Part shown: piece by piece, positions 11,471 through 23,777 of the stretch
Layout of the letters: every line of letters starts with the position of its first letter
Position numbering within the stretch: position 1 is the stretch's first letter
From: Mustelus asterias
Lineage: Eukaryota
Reading direction: 5' to 3'
NCBI RefSeq assembly: GCF_964213995.1
Contig: NW_027590347.1
Location: 186,001 to 250,000, forward strand
DNA length: 64,000 nucleotides
Notes under the pieces: model-generated
Databases searched by the model: none
Seen by the model: only the letters and a program-made list of their open reading frames with translations
What the model was told of the DNA's origin: nothing
Made by a program: the position numbers and the translations under genes

Positions 11471-12479
11471 GATGTGAGGTAAATGGGAGATCAGTGAATT
11501 CTCAGATGACTGAAGGATCTTGTTGCAGGATTTTGCTGCTGTATTTTTTCTTGTTCTCATGATTCTTATTATAATATACTTAAATTCAGGTGGAACCATG
11601 CACGGAACTAATACGAACTTCAGTCTGAATCCTCATCAATTAATTGCTTTATCTGTTTTGAGTGTTCCAGGCCTTTCTGTTAAACTATATTCGCGTTACA
11701 AAATTTGAAACCACAGCAATACTGCTAAGATTCGATCTCTTATTAAAGTTCTCTCCACACATCGAAAGGATGTAAATTTGACTCCAACCTCACATTTATC
11801 TGACAGATTGTCGGATTTCAGTGCACCTGCTTCAATTTTAAACTTTCCTCAGAGTTGTCATGATGATATTTTGGCTAACATATCAGCTGTCCCCTAATGG
11901 GGCTTGGGGAATTTATTGAAATAGGAGACTGGGAGAAATTGCATGTTCTAAATTCTGCACGTTGCTGGAAAACGGTTGAGGGAGAGAGGGGCTTTGAGAC
12001 ACAGAGAGAGGAGACAGACATTAGCCGCCAAAATATTGAGAGTGCAGGATGGACACCGAGGTGAACAGAGACCCAGAGGCGCAGAGAAAGACAGGCAGGA
12101 GCAGGTAATGTTATTGGGCTACAACCAATGTTGTTCGGTGGCCAATTCTTGACAACACTGAGAAACAAGCCAATCCTGTCATTGGGTAACGCCTCTTAGT
12201 CTCCCAATAAATGAGGACTGCCCATGATATAAAATTACTTCTTCACATCAGAGTACAAGAGTTGACATAATTTTACAATTCTGCTGATTTTGTGGAATTC
12301 TTCAGCTGGAAGCATGTTCTCCCAATGTTCTTCACTACTTTGTCTAGGAAACAATGACTGAACACAGGGGGTGAATGTGAGAAGCTGAAGTTTCCACTTG
12401 AAGACATTCCCAGTGTCTCTGAGCAGCTGAACTGGGGAAGCCTTTGGGCAGAGACTGTGCTGCTGCTATTGCCCTTCCT

Positions 12480-12810
12480 GGCCACCAGGCGTCGCTGTAA
12501 CGCTCCCGGGGGGGCTGCTCCTCCCAGTGTCACTTCTTGCCCACTCCGGCCCGGCCCATGCTCGTTGGCGGGACAACAGGGGGGGGTCAGTCGAGGGGGA
12601 AGGGCTGCCTGTGCGCATGTGCGGGACGGGAATGCTCCCAGAGGTCAGCGCGCGGGACGCCGCCGCATTGATGCCGTCTCCCCTGGCAACGCAAGATGGT
12701 CGCCGCCGCCGTCTCCCTTGGCAACGGAATATGGCCGCTGGCCGTCTCCCTTGGCAACGCAAGATGGCCGCCGGCGGTGGGTGTCATTGCGGCGCACGCG
12801 CAGTGAGGTC
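12480..12810. promoter_or_regulatory. CpG-island promoter with NRF1-like sites and three tandem RFX X-box plus YY1 units (copy A)
   Basis: CpG-dense. GTCTCCC(C/T)TGGCAAC at 12676, 12711 and 12744, each followed by CAAGATGG or AATATGG(C/T)CGC. tgcgcatgtgc and gcgcacgcgca flank the array. Confidence 0.7.
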
Positions 12811-12911
12811 TGTCTGCAGCCATTGTCCAGATTGCCCCCAGTGGATGGGGTTGGGATTGTGCAGCAGATGGAGCAACAATCCCAGTTTCAATAGGGGGAC
12901 AGAAGCTGCAA

Positions 12912-12930
12912 TGCTGCCCCCTGTTGGTCA
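12912..12930 (-). promoter_or_regulatory. CTCF motif (copy A)
   Basis: Minus strand TGACCAACAGGGGGCAGCA. Confidence 0.65.
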
Positions 12931-13009
12931 CTTCTCCCAGTCTCAGCATTGCAGAGTGTTTAAACAAGAGTGCATTGTCACAGCAGCACCTTGACCTTCA
13001 GTTTCAGTT

Positions 13010-13210
13010 TATTTATTAGTGTCAGAAGTAGGTTTACATTAACACTACAATGAAGTTACTGTGAGAATCCCCTAGTCGCCCACACTCCGGCGCCTGTTCG
13101 GGTTACACTGAGGGAGAATTTAGCACGGCCAATGCACCCTAACCGGCACATCTTTCAGACTGTGGGAGGAAACCGGAGCACCCGGAGGAAACCCACGCAG
13201 ACACGGGGAG
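13010..13210 (-). mobile_element. HE1-related SINE with alternative tail, head truncated
   Basis: Central domain plus a ...gtaacttcattg...ctaataaataaac tail on the minus strand. Confidence 0.8.
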
Positions 13211-13429
13211 GGGACAGCCCGGGGGAAAGCTCCATTCCAACTGTCCCTGGAGTGTCAGATTAACCTGGGTCACTCACGCACCCCCCCCGGCTAAGACTCA
13301 CCTCCCTCAGACAGTGAGACCCTCCTGTATCACTCACCTTACTGTAGTCAGATACCCTCAGACTCAGCACTGGGTCCTGGGCGTGTTCTTTAAATGCTGC
13401 GACCTATCGTGGAGGAAAGAATTGGGAGG

Positions 13430-14070
13430 ATTTTGATTTGATTTGATTTATTACTGTCGCATGTATTGGGATACAGTGAAAAGTATTGTTTCTTGTATGC
13501 TGTACAGACAAAACATACCGTTCATAGAGTACATCGGGGAGAAGTAAAAGAGAGGGTGCAGAATGTAGTGTTGCAGTCATAGGGAGGGTGTAGAGAAAGA
13601 TAAATCTAATATGTAGCAGGTCCATTCACAAGTCTGAGGGCAGCCGGGAAGTTCTTGAGTCGGTTGGTACGTGATCTCAGACTTTGTATCTTTTTCCTGA
13701 CGGAAGAAGGTGGAAGAGAGAATGTGTGCATGAGGTCCTTAATTATGCTGGCTGCTTTTCTAAGGCCGCGGGAAGTGTAGACAGAGTCAATGAATGCGAG
13801 GCTAGTCTGCGTGATGGACGGGGCGACATTCACGACCTTTTGTAATTTCTTGCAGTCTTGGACAGAGCAGAAACCAGACCAAGCCGTGATACAGAAAGGA
13901 TGCTTTCTATGGTGCATCTGTAGAAGTTGGTGAGAGTCGTAGCTGACATTCCAAATTTCCTCAGCCTCCTGAGAAAGTAGACGTGTTGGTGGGCTTTCTC
14001 AATTATAGTGTCGGCATGGGGGGACCAGGACAGGTTGTTGGTGATCTGGACACCTAGAAACTTGAAGTTG
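13430..14070 (-). mobile_element. Rex1/Babar LINE 3' fragment
   Basis: NFKFLGVQITNNLSWSPHADTIIEKAHQHVYFLRRLRKFGMSATTLTNFYRCTIESILS is the Rex1-type ORF end; (AAATC)n tail. Confidence 0.85.
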
Positions 14071-14094
14071 AGACCCAAATGACAAGTTGTCATA

Positions 14095-14425
14095 GTGTCA
14101 TAGATGTTTACTGCAGGGAAACAGGCCCTTTGGCCCAACTTGTCATTTTGACCTTTTTCTTTTAACCCCTAAGCGAGTCCCAATTCCCCACATTTGGCCC
14201 ATATCCCTCTACATCTATCTTACCCATGTAACTGTCTAAATGCTTTTTAAAAGATAAAATTGTGTCCGTCTCTACTACTACCTTTGGCAGCTTGTTCCAG
14301 ACGCTCATCACTCTCTGTGTGAAAAGATTGCCCCTCTGGACACTTTTGTATGTCCCCCCTCTCACCTTAAACCCATGCCCTCGAGTTTTAGACTCCCCTA
14401 CCTTTGGGAAAAGATATTGACTATC
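14095..14425 (-). mobile_element. CR1 3' fragment
   Basis: FTQRVMSVWNKLPKVVVETDTILSFKKHLD. Confidence 0.85.
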
Positions 14426-15480
14426 TATTGTGTGTCAACCATAGAATAGCCACAGAATGAAGGAGGCCATTCAGCCCATTCAGCTGGTGTCGACTCTCTG
14501 CTAGAGCAATCGAGCCAGTCCCACTGCTCCACCTTGTCCCTGGAGCCCTGCAAATCTTTTCCCATCAGCTTCCCATCCCATTTCCTCTGGAAAGACAGCG
14601 AGGAGCAGAGAGGAAAGAGGTACTTGGGGAATGGAAAGTTTCATCTGATGTTCTTGTTGGCAGATGCTCTGTGGTGGATAAAGCTGGCAGCCTCCTCCAG
14701 AAAGCAGCACAGAGTGAATGGAAGGGGCAGAATGTGAGTGAGATGAGACACGAGAGAGAGAGAGAGAGAGAGAGGTGAAAGCTTTCTGTTTGTCAGCAAA
14801 AAGCACAATGGTGGCCCTGTGTCCTTCAGGGAGCGGCCCAGGCCTCGCTCAAAGCCTGCCCTGTCCTCACACTCACTGGGAGACGGCCATTTCTAACATG
14901 TTGTCCATGCTTCTGAGCTGACACTGAGACAAACACAACAACAGCAGCCACTATCCGGACAAGTCCTCACGGAGAATGAAATGTCCAAAGCCACTTCAAA
15001 GGAAGATTGCGCGGCAGGATTTGTCCCCGAGCTGCGGAGGGAGAGATTTGGATGGATGACCAGAAGCTGGGTCAGTGAGGTTGTGTTTTAGCAATGGAGG
15101 TCCAGAGAACAGAAAAGGCCCTTCGGCCCATTGCATCTGTGCCGGTCAAAGACAAACCACCCAACTTGGCTCACGGCCTGGTAAGCCTTGGCATTGCAAA
15201 TGCATAGCTAAGCACTTCTTAAACGTTCTGAGGGTCTCTGCCTCCACCACCCTTTCAGGCAGAGAGTTCCAGACTCCCACCACCCTCTGGGTGAAAAAGG
15301 TTTTCCTCACATCCCCTGTAAACCTCCTGCCCCTTACCCTAAATCTATACCCCCTGGTCATTGATCCCACCACCAAGGGGAAAGCTTTCTTCCCGTCTAC
15401 TCTATCGATGTCCCTCATAATCTTATCCATCTCCATCATGTTCCCCCTCAGCCTCCTCTGCTCCACGGAAAACAACCCCA

Positions 15481-15615
15481 GGGTGGAATCTTATCACTGT
15501 TCAGGCCGGCAGGATTTTCCCATCCCACTGCAGTGAAAGGAGATTTGGCAAGTCACCAGATTCTCCGACCTCGCTGAGCGGGAGTGTGGCGTCAACAGGT
15601 GGTAAGATCACACCC
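15481..15615. mobile_element. Short MITE-like non-autonomous DNA transposon
   Basis: Imperfect terminal inverted repeats GGGTGGAATCTTATCACTGTT and AACAGGTGGTAAGATCACACCC; possible 3-bp target duplication cca/tca; paralog at about 33903-34037. Confidence 0.6.
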
Positions 15616-15646
15616 TCAGTCTATAAAATCTCTCTTCAGTTCGAGT

Positions 15647-15940
15647 GGCGGCACGGTAGCACAGTGGTTAGCACTGCTGCCTCACAGCGCCAGGGACCCG
15701 GGTTCAATTCCGGCCTCGGGTTACTGTCTGTGTGGAGTTTGCACATTCTCCCCATGTCTGCGTGGGTTTCCCCCGGGTGCATTGTCCATGCAAAATTGCC
15801 CTGAGGGTCCCACGATGTATAGGTTAGGGGGATTAGCGGGAACATACGTGGGGTTACGGGGTAAGCCTGGGTAAGAGTCCGTGCAGATTTGATGGGTCGA
15901 ATGGCCTCATTCTGGACTGTAGGGATTCTATGATTCTATG
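15647..15940 (+). mobile_element. HE1-type SINE
   Basis: tRNA-like head and CR1-like tail ending gattctatgattctatga. Confidence 0.9.
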
Positions 15941-16053
15941 AACTAAAACTCTCCAGGCCAGGCAACATCCTGGTGAATCTCCTCTGCACCTTTTCCAGTG
16001 CTATCACATCCCTCCTATCCTGTGCATTCCACAACTGCACAATGTTTCGATGA

Positions 16054-16350
16054 GGGGCAGCACAGTGGTTAACACTGCTGCCTCACAGCGCCAGGGACCC
16101 GGGTTTGATTCCTGGCTTGGGTCACTGTCAGTGTGGAGTTTGTACATTCTCCCCGTGTCTGCGTGGGTTTCCACCGGGTGCTGCGGTTTCCTCCCACAGT
16201 TCGAAAGACGCGCTGGTTAGGTGTATCAGCCATGCTAAATTCTCCCCAAGTTGCCCAAACAGGCGCCAGAGCATGGCGACTACGGATTTTCCACAGTAAC
16301 TTCATTGCAGTGTTAATGTAACCCTACTTGTGACACTAATAAATAAACTT
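16054..16350 (+). mobile_element. HE1-related SINE with alternative tail
   Basis: Same head and core; tail cagtaacttcattgcagtgttaatgta...ctaataaataaac. Confidence 0.88.
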
Positions 16351-17574
16351 TTAAACCTGATACTCGATTCCCCCATGTTGGCCTTGTTCTGTGATCATTA
16401 ATGCGGATGTTTAGATTATTCAATAGTTCTTTGAGGACAGCAGACACAGGGGAAAAAAAACATGTGACTCTGTACACAACAGATATATTTCAAGGGGATA
16501 TTGCAGCCAGCTGTATCTGAGTGGCAGTAATCTTCCCTCAGAATCAGACAGATTGTGGGTTCAGCTCAGAGCCTCAAATACTCGGCCCTTAGCATCGATC
16601 AGAGCCTCCGCGCACAGCATGATGGGAGAGCGGACAAAGGAAAGTGGTGTTGAATTTGTGAGCCTTGTTTTGTGGAAAGCTTTAGTGTTTGGTCAGAATG
16701 TTAATTTTTGAGTGGACCTACCATATATTAAGCTGATCTTTCTCTATACCCTATCGGTAACTGCAACACTGTATTCTGCACCCTCTCCTCCTGACAGTTT
16801 TGTTTTAAACTCTTTATCAATGTCCTTCCAGGTTTAGTGTGAAGGTTTGTGTTCCACACTGAGCCCCTCTCAGTCTCCACACGGAGCTTGTGTGTGTTGC
16901 TGATGCTCCTGTCATTTTGGATGGATACTGTGTGAAGCTGCATTCTCTCCCAGTGAGTTTCTGATCTACTTCACTCTCTCTGCGGCTGGAGCAGTGTCCA
17001 GCAGGCAGCAGAGGATGGCAGTGTATCACAGTCAGCACAATATAGACAAACAGCCTTTAGCAAGAGAGGCTTTGACCCTTTTTCAAACCAAATCCCCAAT
17101 TTGATGTTTCCAGCTGCGCTGTTTACAATGCTGCTGAATATTGTATGTCTTTGGTAAACTGGGATGTGTAGCATTCAGTCACATTAAGTGGTCAATAAAT
17201 ACGTCCACACTGTGTATATCTTTCTGTGTGTGTGTGTCAGCGTGCATGTGTGTCAATGTATTTAAATCTCAAAGGAAAATAGGAGCAGGTGTAGGCCATT
17301 TGGCCCATCGATCCTGCGCCAGCATTCAAACAGATCATGGTGCACGTACGCACACAAAACACGCACACACCAACACACACAAAACACACACACACCAACA
17401 CACACAAAGCACGCACACACACAAAGCACGCACACACACAAAGCACGCACACACACAAAGCACGCACACACAAACACACATAAAACACGCGCAAAAAGCA
17501 CACACACAAATCACACACACAAACACAATAAACACACACACACAAACACACAGAAACACACACATCAAACACAC

Positions 17575-17885
17575 AGTTAGCACTGCTGCCTCACAGTGCC
17601 AGGGACTCGGGTTCGGTTCCCGGCTTGGGTCACTGTCTGTGCGGAGTTTGCACGTTCTCCCCGTGTCTGCGTGGGTTTCCTCCGGGTGCTCCGGTTTCCT
17701 CCCACAGTCTGAAAGACGTTCTGGTTAGGGTGCATTGGCCGTGCTAAATTGTCCCTCCGCGTCAGGGAGACTAGCTCGGGTAAATGCATGGGGTAATGGG
17801 GATAGGGCCTGGGTGGGATTGTGGTCGGTGCAGACTCAATGGGCCAAATGGCCTCCTTCTGCACTGCAGGAGTCTAGGATTCTAC
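17575..17885 (+). mobile_element. HE1-type SINE flanked by (CA)n-rich sequence
   Basis: Core and CR1-like tail; paralog at 37560-37875. Confidence 0.85.
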
Positions 17886-18485
17886 GAAAACACACAGAAA
17901 CAGATATTCTCACCCAGTAACACTCAGACGCACACAGTAATAAACACACACGGAAACATGTCCACACACACACACACACACACACAGATTCCTATTTTAT
18001 TTCACACAATCGATTTGTGTCTTGAACATGCTGAATGATTGGGCTTCCACATCCCCCTGGAATAGAACATTCCAAAGATTCACCACCCTCTGAGTGAAGA
18101 AATTCCTCCTCATCTCAGTCTTCAATGGTCTGCCCCTGATTCTGAGATTGTGTCCCCTGGTTCTAGTCTCACCAGCCAGGGGAAACATCCAATCTACATC
18201 CACCCTGTCACAGCCTGTAAGAATTTTAAGTCTGTTTCAATGGGATCGCCTCTCATTCTTCAAGGGTTCAAGGCCGACTTCCGGACTTGATGGCCATGGA
18301 AGGTGTGCTCATAACGGGGCCAAACAGCTGGATTACCAAACAGTAAATCCTGCCGGGATCATGGGTCCGTAAACTCTGCCCGAAACCTCTCTCAGTTATT
18401 ACAATCTGGGCCTTGTATCAGTAATCTCTGCCTGAAACCTCTCTCAGTTATTACAATCTGGGCCTGGTATCAGTAATCTCTGCCC

Positions 18486-20938
18486 GGATTTTAACTTGAC
18501 TAATATTGACTGGAATTGTTATAGCTCTAGCTCGTTAGAGGGGTCAGTTTTTGTTCAAAGCGTGCAGGAAGGTTTTTTGACTCAGTATGTAGACAGGCCA
18601 ACTAGAGGTGAGGCTATATTGGATCTGGTGCTGGGAAATGAGCCAGACCAGGTGCTAGACTTGGAAGTTGGTGTGCATTTTGGTGATAGTGACCACAATT
18701 CGGTTACGTTCACCTTAGTGATGGAAAGGGATAGGCATGAACCTCGGGCCAGTGGTTTTAGCTGGGGGAAGGGTAATTATGAGGCTATTAGGAGAGAATT
18801 AGGAAACATAGGTTGGACTAGGAGATTACAGGGACTGGGAACGTCCGACATGTGGAGTTTTTTCAAGGAGCAGCTACTGCGAGTCTGTGATAGGTATGTC
18901 CCTGTCAGGCAAGGAGGAATTGGTAGGGCTAGGGAACCGTGGTGCACCAAAAAAGTTTCTTTGTTGGTTAAAAAGAAAAAGGAGGCTTATGTTCGGATGA
19001 GACGTGAGCACTCGGGTAGTGCACTAGAAAGCTTTAGATTGGCTAAGAGGGAGTTGAAGAGCAAGCTTAGAAGGGCTAAAAGGGGACATGAGAAGACTTT
19101 GGCGGATAGGGTTAAAGAGAATCCTAAGGCGTTCTATAGGTATGTCAAGAACAGAAGGTTGGTTAGGGCAAGTTTAGGGCCAGTTATAGATGGCAGAGGG
19201 AAGTTATGTGTGGAACCGGAGGAGATTGGTGAAGCATTGAACCAATATTTCTCTTCGGTGTTCACGCAAGGGGACATGAATATAGCTGAGGAGGACACTG
19301 GGTTGCAGGGGAGTAGAATAGACAGTATTACAGTTGATAAGGAGGATGTGCAGGATATTCTGGAGGGTCTGAAAATAGATAAATCCCCTGGTCCGGATGG
19401 GATTTATCCAAGGATTCTCTGGGAGGCAAGAGAAGTGATTGCAGAGCCTCTGGCTCTGATCTTCAGGTCGTCGTTGGCCTCTGGTATAGTACCAGAAGAT
19501 TGGAGGTTAGCGAATGTTGTCCCATTGTTTAAGAAGGGGAACAGAGACTTCCCCGGGAATTATAGACCGGTGAGTCTCACTTCTGTTGTCGGCAAGATGT
19601 TGGAAAAAATTATAAGGGATAGGATTTATAGTTATTTGGAGAGTAATGAATTGATAGGTGATAGTCAGCATGGTTTTGTGGCAGGTAGGTCGTGCCTTAC
19701 TAACCTTATTGAGTTTTTTGAGAAAGTGACCAAGGAGGTGGATGGGGGCAAGGCAGTGGACGTGGTATATATGGATTTTAGTAAGGCGTTTGATAAGGTT
19801 CACCATGGTAGGCTTCTACAGAAAATGCAGATGTATGGGATTGGGGGTGATCTAGGAAATTGGATCAGGAATTGGCTAGCGGATAGGAAACAGAGGGTGG
19901 TGGTTGATAGTAAATATTCATCATGGAGTGCGGTTACAAGTGGTGTACCTCAGGGATCTGTTTTGGGGCCACTGCTGTTTGTAATATTTATTAATGATCT
20001 GGATGAGGGTATAGTTGGGTGGATTAGCAAATTTGCTGATGACACCAAAGTCGGTGGTGTGGTAGACAGTGAGGAAGGGTGTCGTAGTTTGCAGGAAGAC
20101 TTAGACAGGTTGCAAAGTTGGGCCGAGAGGTGGCGGATGGAGTTTAATGCGGAGAAGTGTGAGGTAATTCACTTTGGTAGGAATAACAGATGTGTTGAGT
20201 ATAGGGCTAACGGGAGGACTTTGAATAGTGTGGAGGAGCAGAGGGATCTAGGTGTATGTGTGCATAGATCCCTGAAAGTTGGGAATCAAGTAGATAAGGT
20301 TGTTAAGAAGGCATATGGTGTCTTGGCGTTTATTGGTAGGGGGATTGAATTTAGGAGTCGTAGCGTTATGTTGCAACTGTACACAACTCTGGTGCGGCCG
20401 CACTTGGAGTACTGTGTGCAGTTCTGGTCCCCACATTACAGGAAGGATGTGGAGGCTTTGGAGAGGGTGCAGAGGAGGTTTTACCAGGATGTTGCCTGGT
20501 ATGGAGGGGAAATCCTATGAGGAGAGGCTGAGGGATTTGGGATTGTTTTCGCTGGAAAGGCGGCGGCTAAGAGGGGATCTTATTGAAACATATAAGATGA
20601 TTAGAGGTTTAGATAGGGTGGATAGTGATAGCCTTTTTCCTCTGATGGAGAAATCCAGCACGAGGGGGCATGGCTTTAAATTGAGGGGGGGTAGTTATAG
20701 AACCGATGTCAGGGGTAGGTTCTTTACCCAGAGGGTGGTGAGGGATTGGAATGCCCTGCCAGCATCAGTTGTAAATGCGCCTAGTTTGGGGGCGTTTAAG
20801 AGATCCGTAGATAGGTTCATGGACGAAAAGAAATTGGTTTAGGTTGGAGGGTCACAGTTTTTTTTTTAACTGGTCGGTGCAACATCGTGGGCCGAAGGGC
20901 CTGTTCTGCGCTGTAATGTTCTATGTTCTATGTTCTAT
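18486..20938 (+). mobile_element. Young 5'-truncated CR1 LINE (reverse transcriptase ORF2, one frameshift near 20480)
   Basis: ORF 18496..20520 has PGNYRPVSLTS, DFSKAFDKV, GVPQGSVLGPLLF and KFADDTK; it continues in 20300..20842; (CTATGTT)n tail. Confidence 0.97.
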
Positions 20939-21530
20939 GAAACCTCTCTCAGTTATTACAATCTGGGCCTTGTATCAGTAATCTCTGCCTGAAACCTCTC
21001 TCAGTTATTACAATCTGGGCCTGGTATCAGTAATCTCTGCCCGAAACCTCTCTCAGTTATTACAATCTGGGCCTTGTATCAGTGAACTCTGCCCGAAACC
21101 TCTCTCAGTTATTACAATCTGGGCCTTGTATCAGTAATCTCTGCCCTAAACCTCTTCAAGTTATTACAATCTGGGCCTGGTGTCAGTAAACACTGCCCTA
21201 AACCTCTCTCAGTTATTACAATCTGGGCCTTGTATCAGTAATCTCTGCCCTAAACCTCTCTCAGTTATTACAATCTGGGACTTGTATCAGTAATCTCTGC
21301 CCTAAACCTCTCTCAGTTATTACAATTTGGGCCTTGTATCAGTAATCTCTGCCCTAAACCTCTCTCAGTTATTACAATCTGGGCCTTGTATCAGTAATCT
21401 CTGCCCGAAACCTCTCTCAGTTATTACAATCTGGGCCTGGTATCAGTAATCTCTGCCCGAAACCTCTCTCAGTTATTACAATTTGGGCCTTGTATCAGTA
21501 ATCTCTGCCTGAAACCTCTCTCAGTTATTA

Positions 21531-23777
21531 CTGTTATCAATTTGAAAGAAGGAAGGCAGAATCAGATGTGAAGGTTCTACAGTTAAATAAAGGTAATTAC
21601 AGGCGCATGAGGGAGGAACTGACAAAAATCGACTGGAAGCAGAGCCTAATGGGAAAGACAGTAGAACAGCAATGGCAGGAGTTTCTGGGAGTAATTGAGG
21701 ACACAGTGCAGAGGTTCATCCCAAACAAAAGAAAGGTTATCAGAGGGGGGATTAGGCAGCCATGGCTGACAAAGGAAGTCAGGGAATGCATCAAGGCAAA
21801 AGAGAGAGCCTATAATGTGGCAAAGAGTAGTGGGAAGTCAGAAGATTGGGAAGGCTATAAAAACAAACAGAGGATAACAAAGAGAGAAATAAGGAAGGAG
21901 AGGATCAAATATGAAGGTAGGCTAGCCAGTAACATTAGGAATGATAGTAAAAGTTTCTTTAAATACATTAAAAACAAACGGGAGGCAAAAGTAGACATTG
22001 GGCCGCTCCAAAATGACGCTGGTAATCTAGTGATGGGAGACAAGGAAATAGCTGAGGAACTTAATAAGTACTTTGCGTCAGTCTTCACAGTAGAAGACAT
22101 GAGTAATATCCCAACAATTCAGGAAAGTCAGGGGGCAGAGTTGAATATGGTTGCCATCACAAAGGAGAAAGTGCTAGAGAAACTAAAAGGTCTGAAAATT
22201 GATAAATCTCCGGGCCCAGATGGGCTACATCCTAGAGTTCTAAAGGAGATAGCTGAAGAAATAGTGGAGGCGTTAGTTATGATCTTTCAAAAGTCACTGG
22301 AGTCAGGGAAAGTCCCAGAGGATTGGAAAATCGCTGTTGTAACCCCACTGTTCAAGAAGGGAACAAGAAAAAAGATGGAAAATTATAGGCCAATTAGCCT
22401 AACCTCAGTTGTTGGCAAAATTCTAGAATCCATCGTTAAGGATGAGATTTCTAAATTCTTGGAAGTGCAGGGTCGGATTAAGACAAGTCAGCATGGATTT
22501 AGTAAGGGGAGGTCGTGCCTGACAAACCTGTTAGAGTTCTTTGAAGAGATAACAAATAGGTTAGACCAAGGAGAGCCAATGGATGTTATCTATCTTGACT
22601 TCCAAAAGGCCTTTGACAAGGTGCCTCACGGGAGACTGCTGAGTAAAATAAGGGCCCATGGTATTCGAGGCAAGGTACTAACATGGATTGACGATTGGCT
22701 GTCAGACAGAAGGCAGAGAGTTGGGATAAAAGGTTCTTTCTCAGAATGGCAACCGGTGACAAGTGGTGTCCCGCAGGGTTCAGTGTTGGGGCCACAGCTG
22801 TTCTCTTTATATATTAACGATCTAGATGACGGGACTGGGAGCATTCTGGCCAAGTTTGCCGATGATACAAAGATAGGTGGAGGGGCAGGTAGTATTGAGG
22901 AGGTGGGGAGGCTGCAGAAAGATTTAGACAGTTTAGGAGAGTGGTCCAAGAAGTGGCTGATGAAATTCAACGTGGGCAAGTGCGAGGTCGTACACTTTGG
23001 AAAAAAGAATAGAGGCATGGACTATTTTCTAAACGGTGACAAAATTCATAATGCTAAAGTGCAAAGGGACTTGGGAGTCCTAGTCCAGGATTCTCTAAAG
23101 GTAAACTTGCAGGTTGAGTCCGTAATTAAGAAAGCAAATGTAATGTTGTCATTTATCTCAAGAGGCTTGGAATACAAAAGCAGGGATGTACTTCTGAGGC
23201 TTTATAAAGCACTGGTTAGGCCCCATTTGGAGTACTGTGAGCAATTTTGGGCCCCACACCTCAGGAAGGACATACTGGCACTGGAGCGGGTCCAGCGGAG
23301 ATTCACACGGATGATCCCAGGAATGGTAGGCCTGACATACGATGAACGTCTGAGGATCGTGGGATTATATTCATTGGAGTTTAGGAGGTTGAGGGGAGAT
23401 CTGATAGAAACTTACAAGATAATGAACGGCTTAGATAGGATGGACGTAGGGAAGTTGTTTCCATTAACAGGGGAGACTAGGACGCGGGGGCACAGCCTTA
23501 GAATAAAAGGGAGTCACTTTAGAACAGAGATGAGGAGAAATTTCTTCAGCCAGAGAGTGGTGGGTCTGTGGAATTCATTGCCACAGAGGGCTGTGGAGGC
23601 CGAAACGTTGAGCGTCTTCAAGACAGAAATTGATAAATTCTTGATTTCTCGAGGAATTAAGGGCTATGGGGAGAGAGCGGGTAAATGGAGTTGAAATCAA
23701 CCATGATTGAATGGTGGAGTGGACTCGATGGGCCGAATGGCCTTACTTCCGCTCCTATGTCTTATGGTCTTATGGTC
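21531..23777 (+). mobile_element. Young 5'-truncated CR1 LINE of a different subfamily, open to the stop codon
   Basis: ORF 21568..23694 (708 aa) has all RT motifs and the CR1 C-terminus but no endonuclease domain; (CTTATGGT)n tail. Confidence 0.97.

Larger units (their letters stand above)
15105..16030 (-). mobile_element. CR1 3' fragment interrupted by a MITE-like element and a SINE
   Basis: ORF 15146..15475 is the CR1 ORF2 end; CR1 sequence resumes at 15945-16030. Confidence 0.8.

Noticed and set aside
12457-12994. Overlapping 100-155 aa ORFs in the CpG island
   Set aside because: Open in several frames because of GC content, indels between copies A and B shift the frames, and no domain is recognisable.
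15660-15700. CACAGTG heptamers in SINE heads
   Set aside because: They are part of the tRNA A-box region, with no nonamer at the correct spacing.
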